A DNA stretch of 63,095 bases, counting the filler, from Octopus bimaculoides (lineage: Eukaryota), in the NCBI RefSeq assembly GCF_001194135.2. It is 5 parts of 4 records of this genome, joined end to end, with 100 filler letters (N's around TTAATTAATTAA, not from the genome) between each part and the next. Parts side by side here need not be neighbours in the genome. Positions count along the whole stretch, not along the records: positions 1 to 19,922 come from NC_068985.1; positions 20,023 to 32,390 come from NC_068990.1; 3 more parts are not named here. One strand, given 5' to 3'. Under the pieces are notes generated by a model. That model did not search any database, was not told the DNA's origin, and worked only from the letters and a program-made list of their open reading frames with translations. This document shows, piece by piece, positions 12,044 through 24,783 of this stretch (within the stretch, counting starts at the first letter, position 1; every line of letters starts with the position of its first letter). A program made the position numbers and the translations under genes.

Positions 12044-12769
12044 GTTATCTCTGTCTCTCTGTCTCTCTGTCTCTACACACACACATACACACACATATAT
12101 TTACATACAACTGAACACGTAAATGCAAAACAAGGTGGAAAAAAATAGTACTCGAATGTCGAAGGTAGAGTAAATATGCTTTTATGAAAGCCGAAAAAGA
12201 CTTCACAAACTTTTAATCAGAATTTCACGTTACCGTATATACGTTTCATGTTGTAGGCCACATTATATATAGCCACATACACATATGTATGTGTGCGCGC
12301 GTGTGTAAAGGTTCGAATCCAAAAGTTCAGTTTGAAGAAGAAGAAGAAGAAAGAAACGCGTGCAGTGGGAATATATAGTCAGTACAAGGTGTTGATTTGG
12401 CTGTGTGTATGTTATTACAATAGTTCATAAAGAGATGAAGAATAAATTCAAGACCTATTCCATTACATAAAAATATATTTTATTTACTGGTCGATGATGA
12501 CACATAGAATCAATATGTAGAATCTAGCTGGATGAAGTAATCTATGTCAGAAAGTTCAGAGATAGAAAATGTAGAAATAACAGCTAAGTGGTGGTTTTCA
12601 GTCATGTGGCTCAGAGAAATAGAAGGACATGGTAATGACGTGAATGGTTCTGAGTCTAATCGACTAAGAAGCGAAGAGCAGGCTTAACAAACTGTTTTTA
12701 TTAATGGGACACTTTACATTCTAGAAACTTCCAAGACAAACGCTGAGCTTCTTGAATAATTAAGAATCA

Positions 12770-12905
12770 CGTCTCATGACATAGATGCTTCGAGACACTT
12801 AGTAAAGGGAGGGTACTCTATAATCTTTCTTGCAAGGGAGATCATTCAACTATTTAGCTACGTAGATTACTACAGAAGGATTCGATTCTGTAGACAGAGT
12901 ATCAA
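12770..12905 (+). mobile_element. very degraded RT fragment (RTE-like)
   Basis: Frameshifted remnants IIFLAREIIQ and YVDY...GFDSVDRV resemble the QIFxLRxIIE and FVDFxKAFDSVxR motifs. Confidence 0.4.
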
Positions 12906-14040
12906 AATACATGATATATATTAAAATGAAGTTTGAAATTGCGTAAATCTAGGTTTCACGTATCCAATTGTCAAACAACGTATGAAGAATGAAACTGGGA
13001 GCCGTGAAAAAAAAATATTCCAAAAATCGAAATCTGTAAGGAAATATATGATTGATTGCATGCGCAAAAATAAATTCGAATAGATAAAAAACTAATTTGT
13101 ATATTCAAATTGGTTGCATACCTTCCATTTGCAGTGAAGGAATTTGCATTAATTTCATTTTTTTTAAAAATTAAATTATTTGCCGTTTCAAATTTCTCTA
13201 AGCCGAACAGAAGTTAAAAAATGGGACTTGCAAAGTTCTATATAATATGAGGTTTCATACCTAAAGCAATTCAGTTTTGACCTAGTTTTTGTAACTTCCT
13301 TCATCCGGAGACTGTGAGAGAACAGAATTAGTATATTTTAAAATAATTTTATATCATTAATTCTGTAAAAATATCCAAGTCAAATAATTTAACAATAATA
13401 ACACTCTTCTCATTTGAGATTAAAGTGGACATAGCTAATTGTTAGAACAGACCTTCAAGATAATCATTGCTAGGGCTGTCTAGTCTCAGGTCAGATCTCG
13501 CTGAGCAGACTAACAACCGTTGGTATTTCAACTGCCTTTTTAGTGGATGCGTATCTGTATATTATCCAATCTGTCTTTCTTTCATATAGTAGGGTGCGAT
13601 TTTGAGATATGTTTTATTACTAATTTTATCAAACTGAGTGACGAATATGCTCTAGAATAATTGTCACATGAATATTCATACTCAAACTTGCAAACTAACA
13701 AACTTCATACCAACTCAGCTAACACAGTTTATTGCAGTAAATAATCTTGCTTTAATGGTACCAACTATAGCTAACCAATCTGCATCACATATGTATATGT
13801 CATTATAACCGCCAACCATCGTAATCACTTCTTCTTACATATCTTAATTTCCCTTCTGATTAATCGAAACTTACAGAGTTCTCTCCCTTGTACTTTCTGA
13901 AATTAATTTTCATTAACGGTGTTGATTTTGATTCGCATTATAATAATCATTTTAATGTATTAAAAAGTATGATAGCCGCCATGTAACTAAATACATGTAT
14001 ACATGGCTGTATTTACGTATTTATTTTTGTTATTTCATCA

Positions 14041-14077
<37 letters not shown>

Positions 14078-14243
14078 CGTACATTGCTTATATATGTTTA
14101 TATACATATATAAAACATTTATATACATACGGCAATAGACACACACACACACACACACATGCACATACACATATAACTATAGCACACACACGCACACACA
14201 TATACACATATATATACATGCATTCATACATACATACATACAT

Positions 14244-14292
<49 letters not shown>

Positions 14293-15792
14293 CACACATC
14301 CAAACTAATACGCATATCAATTTACTAACAATCATATCTATTAAGCCACACAGGAATGTAAAATAAATATTAATGTAGGAAAATGTACAGGAAAATCTTA
14401 TAAAAGCGACGTCGTGAATTAAGTGCAGATATTAATATATATATACGTGTGTGTGTGTGTGTGTGTCTGTTTGTGTGTGTGATTGTGTGTGTGTGTGTAA
14501 ATGTATGTATATATGTGTGTAGATATATATGTAAATGTATGTATATATGTGTGTGTATATATATATATATGTGCATAAATTTATGTATGTATCTCCCAGT
14601 CTCTCGTATGTATCTGTTTGTATGTATATTTCTGTGTGTGAGTGTGTTGATGTGTGTGTGTGTGTGCGTGTGTGTGTCTTTGTGTGTGAGTGCGTGTGTG
14701 TACAAGAGCGAACACGCTGTCTTAAAGGTAGCGTATTCAGCGATCACAATGTGTATGAAATATGCGAAGTGAATGCACCATTCTCTTTCTCCCTCTCTTC
14801 TCCCCCCTCTCTCTCTGTGCATATCTATATGTATATCTATACATGCACACAGATACGCACACACACATACATACATTCATTCATACATACATTCATACAT
14901 ACATACATACATACATACATACATACATACATAAGACGCATTTTTTCAGCTAGAGAATGAGAGATAAACCGACACTCAGAATCGGGACCATGATCATAAA
15001 CGCGAAGATGTCTTTAACTGTTTGATGCTAATGATGCGACATGAATCCTTGACCTTTTGACCGCTAACCGTCTCTGTCACCTCAGCTAACTGCAAGTCAG
15101 TATATCGAAGTTAATTGACGGTCCCCCCCCCCACCGCTTTGATATTTCGTGATAGAGAAAGCTGTATAAATGTAACAAGATGTCTTAGAAGATGATCGCT
15201 AAGATGCTTCTAAGATCTAGAGAAGCTTCTAAAAGGCGGCATCATTATTATCGACTTTTGGTCTACGATGTTAGCATTGCAAACCTTATAAAGTGTGCAA
15301 CAGTTTGCATAGTAAACATGTCAGTTTGTTTTAAACAATATTTTTTGTTAGGTCAAACTGAAAGAAAATAGTTAAACAAGAAATCAATAAATTTAAATGA
15401 CAGCACTGTCGAACGAGCATAAAAACCAATACGAATGGTGAGCGACGGTCTCCCAGGAAAGTAAGGACGGTCTGTGTTGTCGGTAACAATTAGTTCCCAG
15501 AGAATTCACTGAGAAATTCTAGAAGTTGAACTGCCGTGAGGAGAAGTGAAAAAAAAAAATCTTAAAGATTTGTTAAGAACAAGGCAATTGGTAAACATGT
15601 CTGATTTCGCTGTGTTGGCGAGAAAGAGTTTAATAGAATATTAAACGATATGTGACGGGAGAAATATTGATATCCTACATGTATAGAATATAAATACTTC
15701 TCATCCCTTCCGCCAGTAAATTATACAGGAAAAATAAAGCAGTTGTTTAAAAATTCCGGTGTTCTTTCATTCCTTCTCTTTCTTTCTTTCGT

Positions 15793-15827
<35 letters not shown>

Positions 15828-15870
15828 CTCTTTCTCTCTTTCCTTCTTTCTCTCTTTCTCTCTTTCTCTC

Positions 15871-15901
<31 letters not shown>

Positions 15902-16189
15902 TGGTAGAGGAGTAGGGGCCGAAACCGGACGTGGTTCCTCCTGATGATGTCTTGAGCTAACTGGATCCTATAAAGGAGCTGTTGTGGTAGCAGATCACGA
16001 AACATGGTTGAAATTCCTCCGGTTATGCTCGGGATGGTTGCAGTTCTTATGAGAGTATGTTAAGTACTTTGTAACACCATTGGAGCATTTAACTCCTATT
16101 TCTATCAATGTAGATATTATTCACATCAAGTTTAGTAGACTATACACACACACACACTCATTCATACATATGCCGTGAATCAATGGGCA

Positions 16190-17060
16190 GAGAAAGACAA
16201 AATGCAACTAAACACGGAAAAATTTGAGCTGATGCATTTTGGAAAAAAGATCCATACTCCCTCCCTTCAAGGGAACCTCTCACAGCATCTAATAATATCA
16301 GAGATCTAGGAGTGATTGTTGATAACAATCTCAGTTGGAGTGCAGACATTAACAATAAGGTCGATATAACTTGCAGGATGAGCTCCTGGATCCTAAGAAC
16401 CTTCCGGTCCAGAGAACAAAGTGACATTATTCCACTTTTCTCCTCCTTTGTACGGCCACACCGCGAATATCGCGGCTCCTTGTGGTCTCCCCATACAAAA
16501 CAAAAATCTCGAAAATTGAATCATCCCAGAGGTCATTCACTAAAATAATTAAGGGCATGATTGATCTCGATTATTGGGACCGCCTGAAAGCATTGAAACT
16601 ATTCTCTCCAGCGCCACCGTGAGCGATACATCATTTGCACGATGTAGAGAATATACCACCAGCATTTCCCAAACGTCCTCAACATTAGCTTCAAAATAGC
16701 CCCCTACCCAATAGTCCCTTACCCATAGTCTCCTACCCTATTCAGGATCACAACACATAAATACACTGCAACACAATTTCTTTTCTTCAACAGGCTCTGC
16801 CCTATTTAACTTTGTCCCGAAACAGATCAAGGAAAAATAGGACCTCATTACCTTTAAACGGAATCTGGACAAATTTCTTCAAGGAATACCAGACAAGCCA
16901 CCTATACCTGGATACAACTCACTCAAAAAGAACTGCCTACTCGAATGGACCATGATAGCACAAACCTTGACTTAAAGAATTTAGTTAATCCTATCAGGGG
17001 TGCTATTAAGTTAGACATGGCCTGGACCAATCTTTGGTCGAAACATATCTAAGTTTATCT
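16190..17060 (+). mobile_element. CR1-group LINE, 5'-truncated 3' part (RT C-terminal region and 3' UTR)
   Basis: NIRDLGVIVDNNLSWSADINNKVDITCRMSSWILRTFRSRE...FVRPHREY...LWSPH...DYWDRLKALKL...FKRNLDKFLQGIPDKPPIPGY; tail CATGGCCTGGACCAATCTTTGGTCGAAAC then (TATCTAAGTT)x2. Confidence 0.92.
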
Positions 17061-17065
17061 AAGTT

Positions 17066-17099
<34 letters not shown>

Positions 17100-17469
17100 C
17101 GTGTGTGTGTGTGTGTGTGTATGTGTGTGCGTGTGTGTGTGTGTGTGTGCGCGTACATATATATATGTATGTATATATATGTATAAGTATATATATATAA
17201 GTATATATGTATATATATATATATGTTTATATGTTTATATGTTTATATATATGTGTGTGTGTGTATGTATGTATGTACATGGATATGTGTGTGTGTGTAC
17301 ATGCCAGATAATATCATAAAATCTTAAATAAGAATTCTGCGAAGATATACTGTAGCTAACCACAATAAAGTAATTAAAAGCAACATGCTGCTATCCGAGC
17401 TGTCGCAACTGTAGGAATCCAGTCAGTTGTCTCCTCAACAGCAAGCGTCCAAAATGGAACTATTATATA

Positions 17470-17760
17470 GAGCAGATGTTCCTTTGGGTTACTGAGAACT
17501 CATTTGAAACTTTGAAACTTTATTTGAATGGCACATTTATTCGTTGAGGTATCGGAATAAACGATCCTCACAAAATTCTACCACATCTTCAGAAAATATC
17601 TGGGAGCTGAAGGATCGAAAAAATGAAAACTCTCCAGTTAAGTGGAATACAAATTCAAAAGTATGTAAATATAAGGGGTCTAACAACAAATGTAACTCAT
17701 GTTACATAGAAAACGATATTGTCTTCAACTAAAAATATTTATATAGGAACTAAGGTTGCA
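17470..17760 (+). mobile_element. Penelope-like element GIY-YIG endonuclease C-terminal remnant
   Basis: STTSSENIWELKDRKNENSPVKWNTNSKVCKYKGSNNKCNSCYIEND resembles the PLE consensus STxLSKYIWELKDK...IKW...CNLCLxEK; upstream LGLLRTHLK is a possible remnant of YIGxTE. Confidence 0.7.
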
Positions 17761-17984
17761 AAGGTTTAGGCATATACCTCTTCCGAATGTATTCCAACTC
17801 CAAACTGGTAAAATTTCTGAAACACCTTATATCCACCAGAATAATATTCGGGAATCTCAACATTTGTACCATAGCATTTCCAACATATTCTCCATGTCTT
17901 CCTTCTCCTCACAAAATGTGTTAAGAAGTTAGAACTGCAATATTAATTCCAGTTTATCTAAAGATTAAATTTTACTATACTCTC

Positions 17985-18314
17985 TCTTTTTACTCTTTTA
18001 CTTTTTTCAGTCATTTGACTCTGGCCATGCTAGAGCACCACCTTTAGTCGGGCAAATCGACCCCAGGACTTATACTTTGTAAGCCTAGTACTTATTCTAT
18101 CCGTCTCTTTGGCCGAACCGCTAGGTTACGGGGATGTAAACACACCAGCATCGGTTGCCAAGTGATGTTGGGGGGGGGCAAACACAAACACCCCCCCATA
18201 TATATATATATACATATATACGACGGGCTTCTTTCAGTTTCCGTCTACCAAATCCACTCACAAGGCTTTGGTCGGCCTTAGGCTATAGTAGAAGACACTC
18301 GCCCAAGTTGCCGC
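17985..18314 (-). mobile_element. SINE family A lacking the tRNA head
   Basis: Reverse complement of the tail, the internal (CA/TA)n tract and the central domain. Confidence 0.85.
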
Positions 18315-18588
18315 GATTTAGTACGGACATCGTTCTGTCGGGGCAATTTCCATTAAGAGTTTTTGTTGATATATGCGTATGCGGATTTGTGCACGAACAT
18401 GTGTTTAAGTGTGAGCATGTTTACGTAGTTATGTCTATAAAGTAGAACAATGACAATTGTTGATGTCAGTATGTATTCAGTGGTTGTTGTTTTTAAGTTT
18501 ACTTTGTGTGTCTCATGTTCTGAAGTTCCTCATTACATCAAAGAAAATATTTCTTTACTAAACTACAAGATAAATAATTAATGTAAGC

Positions 18589-18636
<48 letters not shown>

Positions 18637-18646
18637 NNNNNNNNNN

Positions 18647-18689
<43 letters not shown>

Positions 18690-19554
18690 GTAATATATTA
18701 AAAATAAAATAAATGGTAATATACTCTTCTCCTATTACTTAAAATATGCATTATTTTATATATTTCATAATTGAGAAGATTGTCCTCTTGCTAAATACAC
18801 AAACGCAGCATGTATAAATTAAAATTTAGCATGCTGAATATATTTAAAACCTTTATAGTCAATTTATGGAATGAAACTCGTGCAAAGTGCAGAAACTTCC
18901 GGTCGATGTGCCGAAAGTTCCAGTTGATGTACTCAAAGTTCCGATGCACACAAAACCTTGGAGTTCGCAGTGAGTGTATCATAAGGCAAAAGCGTACAAT
19001 TTGGAATTTTCTTAAGTTCCAGTAAAAGTTCGCTTAATTAGTCAGGCTGGCACCGGGAAGGAACTGACTGGGGCTACATATAAGAATATGTCTTAATTAA
19101 CAACAGATTGCACTGGATTACATTTCGGGTTTAGTTTTATAACTGCTAAGAATTGACACAGCGGGGATATTTAGAAATGTGCAATACCAGACTATGTTTT
19201 TATACGGGGGGAATATCTTTCTGACCTTTCTTCTCCGTTAAGTCTACAGACATAAGCACACGTACACGTTCACTATACACACACATATACATACATATAC
19301 ATATATATATGTGTGTGTGTGTGCATGTATGTATAAAATTATCTTTTAATCTAGAATTTAGAATCCTTTAAAAAAGTATAAATTCTACTCTTCGATTTTG
19401 TATTGAATACTTCCTATGAAAGTAATCACTTTCGATTGAACCAAGCAAGTGCAACAAATTCTCCAAAACAAGTCAGAGATCTGTTTGCAGATCTTCCCAT
19501 TCGGGGCCAGTTGCTTAAAAGCTATATATTAGCTCAAAGACGCCCGACAAGCTA

Positions 19555-19588
<34 letters not shown>

Positions 19589-19788
19589 ACTTTAAACAGA
19601 ACCTTTGATTCAATAACACTGTATAAACTCTGTATTTGGTATTTGGAATAACCAATTTCAAAGACTGTTGGATTTTACTCATAGGGAATTGGAATCTTAA
19701 TAATGGATTTACAAATACAATATTCCCTACATTCACTGTCTATTTCCTATCTTATGTAAACTATCTATTGCTTAAACATCCTCTCACC

Positions 19789-19836
19789 GTCTCCGATGAA
19801 GGGATATAATAAATATCTTAGAAACAGCTGTAAGAC
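19789..19836 (+). ncRNA. variant type I hammerhead motif (CCGAUGA core)
   Basis: GTCT-CCGATGA-A-GGGATAT aataa ATATCTT-A-GAAAC-AGCT-GTA^AGAC; stem I GTCT/AGAC, palindromic stem III ACAGCTGT, U4->C variant. Confidence 0.6.
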
Positions 19837-20022
19837 CTATTTATAAATGTTCTATATTGCACACAGCCTTGTTTTTTTTTTATCTCATTACGAAATCCTT
19901 ATATGTATATATATATATATATNNNNNNNNNNNNNNNNNNNNNNNNNNNNNNNNNNNNNNNNNNNNTTAATTAATTAANNNNNNNNNNNNNNNNNNNNNN
20001 NNNNNNNNNNNNNNNNNNNNNN

Positions 20023-20053
<31 letters not shown>

Positions 20054-20234
20054 CCATCCCCAAGTACAACAATATATATATATACATAATTAAGGGATCA
20101 GCAACAGTTGCTTCACCACATACCGAAGTTCAGAAATAGCAGCTAAAGTGCTAAAACTCCAACAGATAGCAGTACTTGTAACTCACAAAGGCAAAACAAG
20201 AAGAAAAAACAACGAAACTAACCAGTCTTAGTTA

Positions 20235-20294
20235 ATCATAGACGCGTTTCTGGATCAGAATGGTAAAAACCTTCATTTCCGTCATCAGTATGAT
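20235..20294 (-). ncRNA. type I hammerhead ribozyme motif, intact core
   Basis: Minus strand ATCATA-CTGATGA-C-GGA AATGAAGG ttttta CCATT ctga TCC-A-GAAAC-GC-GTC^TATGAT; 6-bp stem I, palindromic ACGCGT stem III, GUC cleavage triplet. Confidence 0.85.
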
Positions 20295-22022
20295 ATTCTA
20301 GTTTGCAGGCTTGAAGATGCAGGCAATTATGCATGCTCGACCAAACGACATCGTGCATCAACTTAATATTACCAGCACCTCCGAACTTACATAGGCCAGT
20401 CAGTCCATATATATATATATATATATATATCTTTACACATTGATGTTGAAACTGGAGTATAAGGGTAACTATTGAAATGTTTTTATTTTTCATTCCCTTT
20501 GAAATTACTTTTATTCGTGGGCTTTAACTGTCCTTCCCAGCATGTAAGCTCTCCTGATAAGGTCACGTCTTTTGTGTATAAAAACGTATACTAATTTATA
20601 TGAAAAATATGTTGTGTATTGACTTTGTTACCCATGCTGGCCATCGGTAGAATATTTCTCTAAATTTTCTACCCTTATTGTTTTCATAGTAAAATTTTCG
20701 TAATTTTGAAGACCTACGCAGTTTTAATTCTTATTATTATTTGCAGCCGATTGTAGCTGCGCTTGCGCGTGTACCTGAAAAGGATTCATAAAGTCAGTTG
20801 TTTTACTTGTTGTGTCTCTCTCATTATTTAGTGTTTAAACTTTGCCGAGGTCAGTTTTGGCTTTTAGAATTGTTGGGGTGGTAAAATCATTTGTCTTTCA
20901 CCCACTCTTTTATTTTTTAGCTTTTCTATTATTCTCCTTCTTAGGATCAGCAATTTTGAGACATGTGAGAGCTTGGAGGAATACCATTCACAAAGTTCAT
21001 TTCATAGTTAAAGCCTGAACATCTAGTTTCCATCTAGTTGAAAATCTAATATCTTACTAGAACCACCCGTTATGCAATGCTGCACGGAACAGAAATATGG
21101 AGCATTCATACCTGCATATATGTCTGTCTGTATGTATGTATGTATGCATGTATGAGTGCTCTCGTGAATCTAAGTGTATGTATGAATGTATGTATGTATG
21201 TATATATAAATATATGTATGTATAAACACAAGTATGTGTTGGTGTGCTTATATAAGAAATATAGATAAAGAAGGATGACAGAAGATTAAACACGTGATAG
21301 TAATAGAGTATCACATGATATATGATTACATTGCATTTACATGTATGATAACTTAAACACGGTATATTTCACTTTGTTAAATTATTCATAGCGTATTATA
21401 ATGCACGAACGTATTCCCTATATAAAATAAATATGTAAGTACGTGTTCACACACACACACACACACACACATACACATACACGCATGCACACACACGCAT
21501 GCACACACAGAGGAAAAACACAAAAACACACACACAGTTATATATATATATATATACACACAAAACACACAAGCCTATACATGTATAAATAAAAATGTAT
21601 ATTCATATTTATCTGTATATTTATACATAACACACATATACATGTATGCATGTATTTATGTATGTGAGCGTGTATAAATGTATGTATGCATCTTTATCCT
21701 ATAAACACGCGATTGAATATATTTCTCTTTCTCTTCTCTATCTGGGGTTTCCNNNNNNNNNNNNNNNNNNNNNNNNNNNNNNNNNNNNNNNNNNNNNNNN
21801 NNNNNNNNNNNNNNNNNNNNNNNNNNNNNNNNNNNNNNNNNNNNNNNNNNNNNNNNNNNNNNNNNNNNNNNNNNNNNNNNNNNNNNNNNNNNNNNNNNNN
21901 NNNNNNNNNNNNNNNNNNNNNNNNNNNNNNNNNNNNNNNNNNNNNNNNNNNNNNNNNNNNNNNNNNNNNNNNNNNNNNNNNNNNNNNNNNNNNNNNNNNN
22001 NNNNNNNNNNNNNNNNNNNNNN

Positions 22023-22065
<43 letters not shown>

Positions 22066-22889
22066 ATGTATAAATATATATATATATATATATGCGTCTG
22101 TGTGTGTGTGTGTATATTCATATTCCATGTTAAATAAACGACAATATATAATTTTCATATAACACGGTAAATATATAATATATGAAATATGCATACATAA
22201 GTACGCCTATAATAGCGCACATATTCAATTCTATACACGATATACTATAGGCATAATTTGCATATATTTACATGTATTAGATCTGAAATTCCTAATAGTT
22301 TATATCCTTTCCCTTTTATAGATATTTTAAATAAATGTTGTACACAATTGTATCAAATACATATTTAGAAATCGTTGACGTCTAAGATATAAAACTTCTG
22401 AACTGTGTGGTGGTTTTGCTTAACGAGAGGTTAGACCTCACTGTGTGAGCTTAGCATTAAAGGTTCCAGCTATGGCCATCTCATATCTATTTGGGCTACA
22501 ATATTGAATATGTTTCCACCCTTTTAAGATGTTAGATTGTAAACTGAGAAAGGAGTAACTACCATTATTACTCAGACAGTGCAGAAATATAGAAGCTTCA
22601 TGCTTTGCTAGAAAGTGGCCATATTGGAGATATATGAGGAATACTTCTGGTCAATACTGCCTGAAGACAAAACCTTCTGTGATAACTCTACGCATCAATT
22701 AATGGATCAGGTGATGTTTTCCACCATTTGTACTTTTTAAATACTAACAGTTACTTCAAGTACAAGATAAATATGTTGCATCAAATACAATTTCATATTA
22801 AATGTAAAATTCCATATTATATTAAATACACCATAGTTGATGCAGCGATTCTACGTTATATATAATATACTATCTTAAATTATTCAAAC

Positions 22890-23529
22890 GCATCCTCACG
22901 CCTTGTGTTAACTTTTAATTTTAGAGCTATATAATGCTAGTAGACCTGTTGAACCGCCTATATTACTGCTGTTAATGTTATTATTTAAAAATATTCACTG
23001 CCGAAGATATTAACAATAGTGATATTTTACTTCGTGTGTGAACACTCGAATGTTTTTTGCTTACGTATATACTTCGCACCATGTGGACCGGCTTGGCGTA
23101 AAACACTCTATAACACAGGCAGATTAATAAAGTGACGGACTTAGAATTTTTACCAGTGATTCATACTGAAGAAGGTTGAGGCCCGATACCATGGTATATG
23201 AGTATCTCAATGGCATATTCTTTAAAGGTATGCTTTTTTTAATGTCTTAATTCTTTATCCGTTTCCTCGCCTACTGTTGCTTTTATGTTATCTGGTGCTT
23301 TCCGGCGGTTGAATTAGGAATTTAGCTGCTCCTATTTCTAAACAGATCGATGTTGTTTCTGCATCCTCATGCTTTGTGCTAAATTAAAATTTCATAGCTG
23401 TATAATGCTATTAGACCCGTTGAACTGCCTATATTACTGCTGTTAATATCATCATTTATAGATATTCACTGCAGATGATATTAACAGTAGTGATGTCTTA
23501 CTTCGTGTGAACACTCGAATGTTTTTGCT
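22890..23529 (+). repeat. partial tandem repeat, 471-bp period (about 170-bp direct repeats at 22890-23061 and 23361-23529)
   Basis: GCATCCTCA...TATAATGCTA...CCTATATTACTGCTGTTAAT...GAACACTCGAATGTTTTTGCT occurs twice with scattered substitutions. Confidence 0.9.
23161..23201 (+). ncRNA. minimal type I hammerhead motif with one core mutation (GAAA->GATA)
   Basis: TCATA-CTGAAGA-A-GGT tgag GCC-C-GATAC-CATG-GTA^TATGA; palindromic ACCATGGT stem III. Confidence 0.7.
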
Positions 23530-23842
23530 GGTCTTCCATAATGAACCTTGTACCTCGGAAGGTAACTTTCTAGGTGCAATCCCATGGTCATTCATGACCG
23601 AAGGGGGTCTCGCAATAAGCAAAATCGCTAGATGTAAAATTTCAAGAAAAAATCGGAGTAGGAAATATACTTACAAGTAAAGTCAATCGCCACATCAAAG
23701 TGGCTGTTTCATATTACTACTAGATTAACCCCAGGCGAATCTTCCGGCAGTTGGTTATCGGTGCGCCGCTGCACACTTTATATACAATATATATTGCTAG
23801 CAGGGAGAGCGAACTCCTACCATCCTCTAGCAGACAACAGGA

Positions 23843-23891
23843 TCACGAGACTGACTCAGTTTCGAGCTGGTTGGCCCATCCTCAGTCGCGA
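23843..23891 (-). ncRNA. type I hammerhead ribozyme motif, intact core
   Basis: Minus strand TCGCGA-CTGAGGA-T-GGGC caacca GCTC-GAA-ACTGA g TCAGT-C^TCGTGA; 6-bp stem I (one G-U), 4-bp stem II, GUC triplet. Confidence 0.85.
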
Positions 23892-23944
23892 GTAACTGGT
23901 CGTCAGAGTGATACCCAGGGTCCGCTCCATCCAGCAATATATTC

Positions 23945-24127
23945 TTTTTACTCTAGGCACAAGGCCCGAAATTTCTGGGGAGGGAGCCAGTCGATTAATT
24001 ATCGACCCCGAAACGATGAAAGGCAAAGTCGACCTCGGCGGAATTTGAAGTCAGAACGTTAAGACAGACGAAATACCGCTAAGCATTTCGCTCAGCGTGC
24101 TAACGTTTCTGCCAGCTCGCCGCCTTC
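23945..24127 (-). mobile_element. SINE family B
   Basis: Reverse complement GAAGGCGGCGAGCTGGCAGAAACGTTAGCACGCTGAGCGAAATGCTTAGCGG...TTCAAATTCCGCCGAGGTCGACTTTGCC. Confidence 0.85.
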
Positions 24128-24566
24128 AGCCAGCAATGTATTGTAAACAAGGCGACCATTAAGGGACGCTGGAAAGACAATGCCAATATGCTAGAAGTAG
24201 ATGTCAAATGTCTACAAACCATTCTAAATTCGTTCTTTTTGCATAAGGCTGAATGCATGGAAGATTTATAAAAGACCCTGGTCAACTCTAGGCGTTGTCC
24301 CTCCAGCGCCCTTAATTATATACTTAAATATTTCAACGATATGGTGATTTTTATACGCTGACCACTGGTATAATCATTGTAATGATTATATGTGTGATTC
24401 CAGGCAGTTTAAAACTTGGAAGAAAAAAAAAACTGGCGATAAGGAAGACTTCCTTCTGTGTATGTGTGTGTATATATATATACATAAATATACACATATA
24501 CATATATAAATACATGTGCAATACTCATGCATACATATTTAGTTATGTATGTGTATATACATCCAT

Positions 24567-24608
<42 letters not shown>

Positions 24609-24746
24609 GTATATACAGATATAGGGCAGGGAATCGTCAATTAGTAATAAAATTAATAATTAACAATTTTGCCAAGTAGTTCAGTATGAAAAAACCTTTA
24701 TCGATAAATGGTTATATATATATATATATATATATATACACCTACG

Positions 24747-24783
<37 letters not shown>

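Noticed and set aside
12110-12250. Minus-strand ACGGTAACGT-GAAAT-TCTGA-TTA with downstream CCTTGTTTTGC
   Set aside because: It may be a decayed HHR element but no CUGANGA is left.
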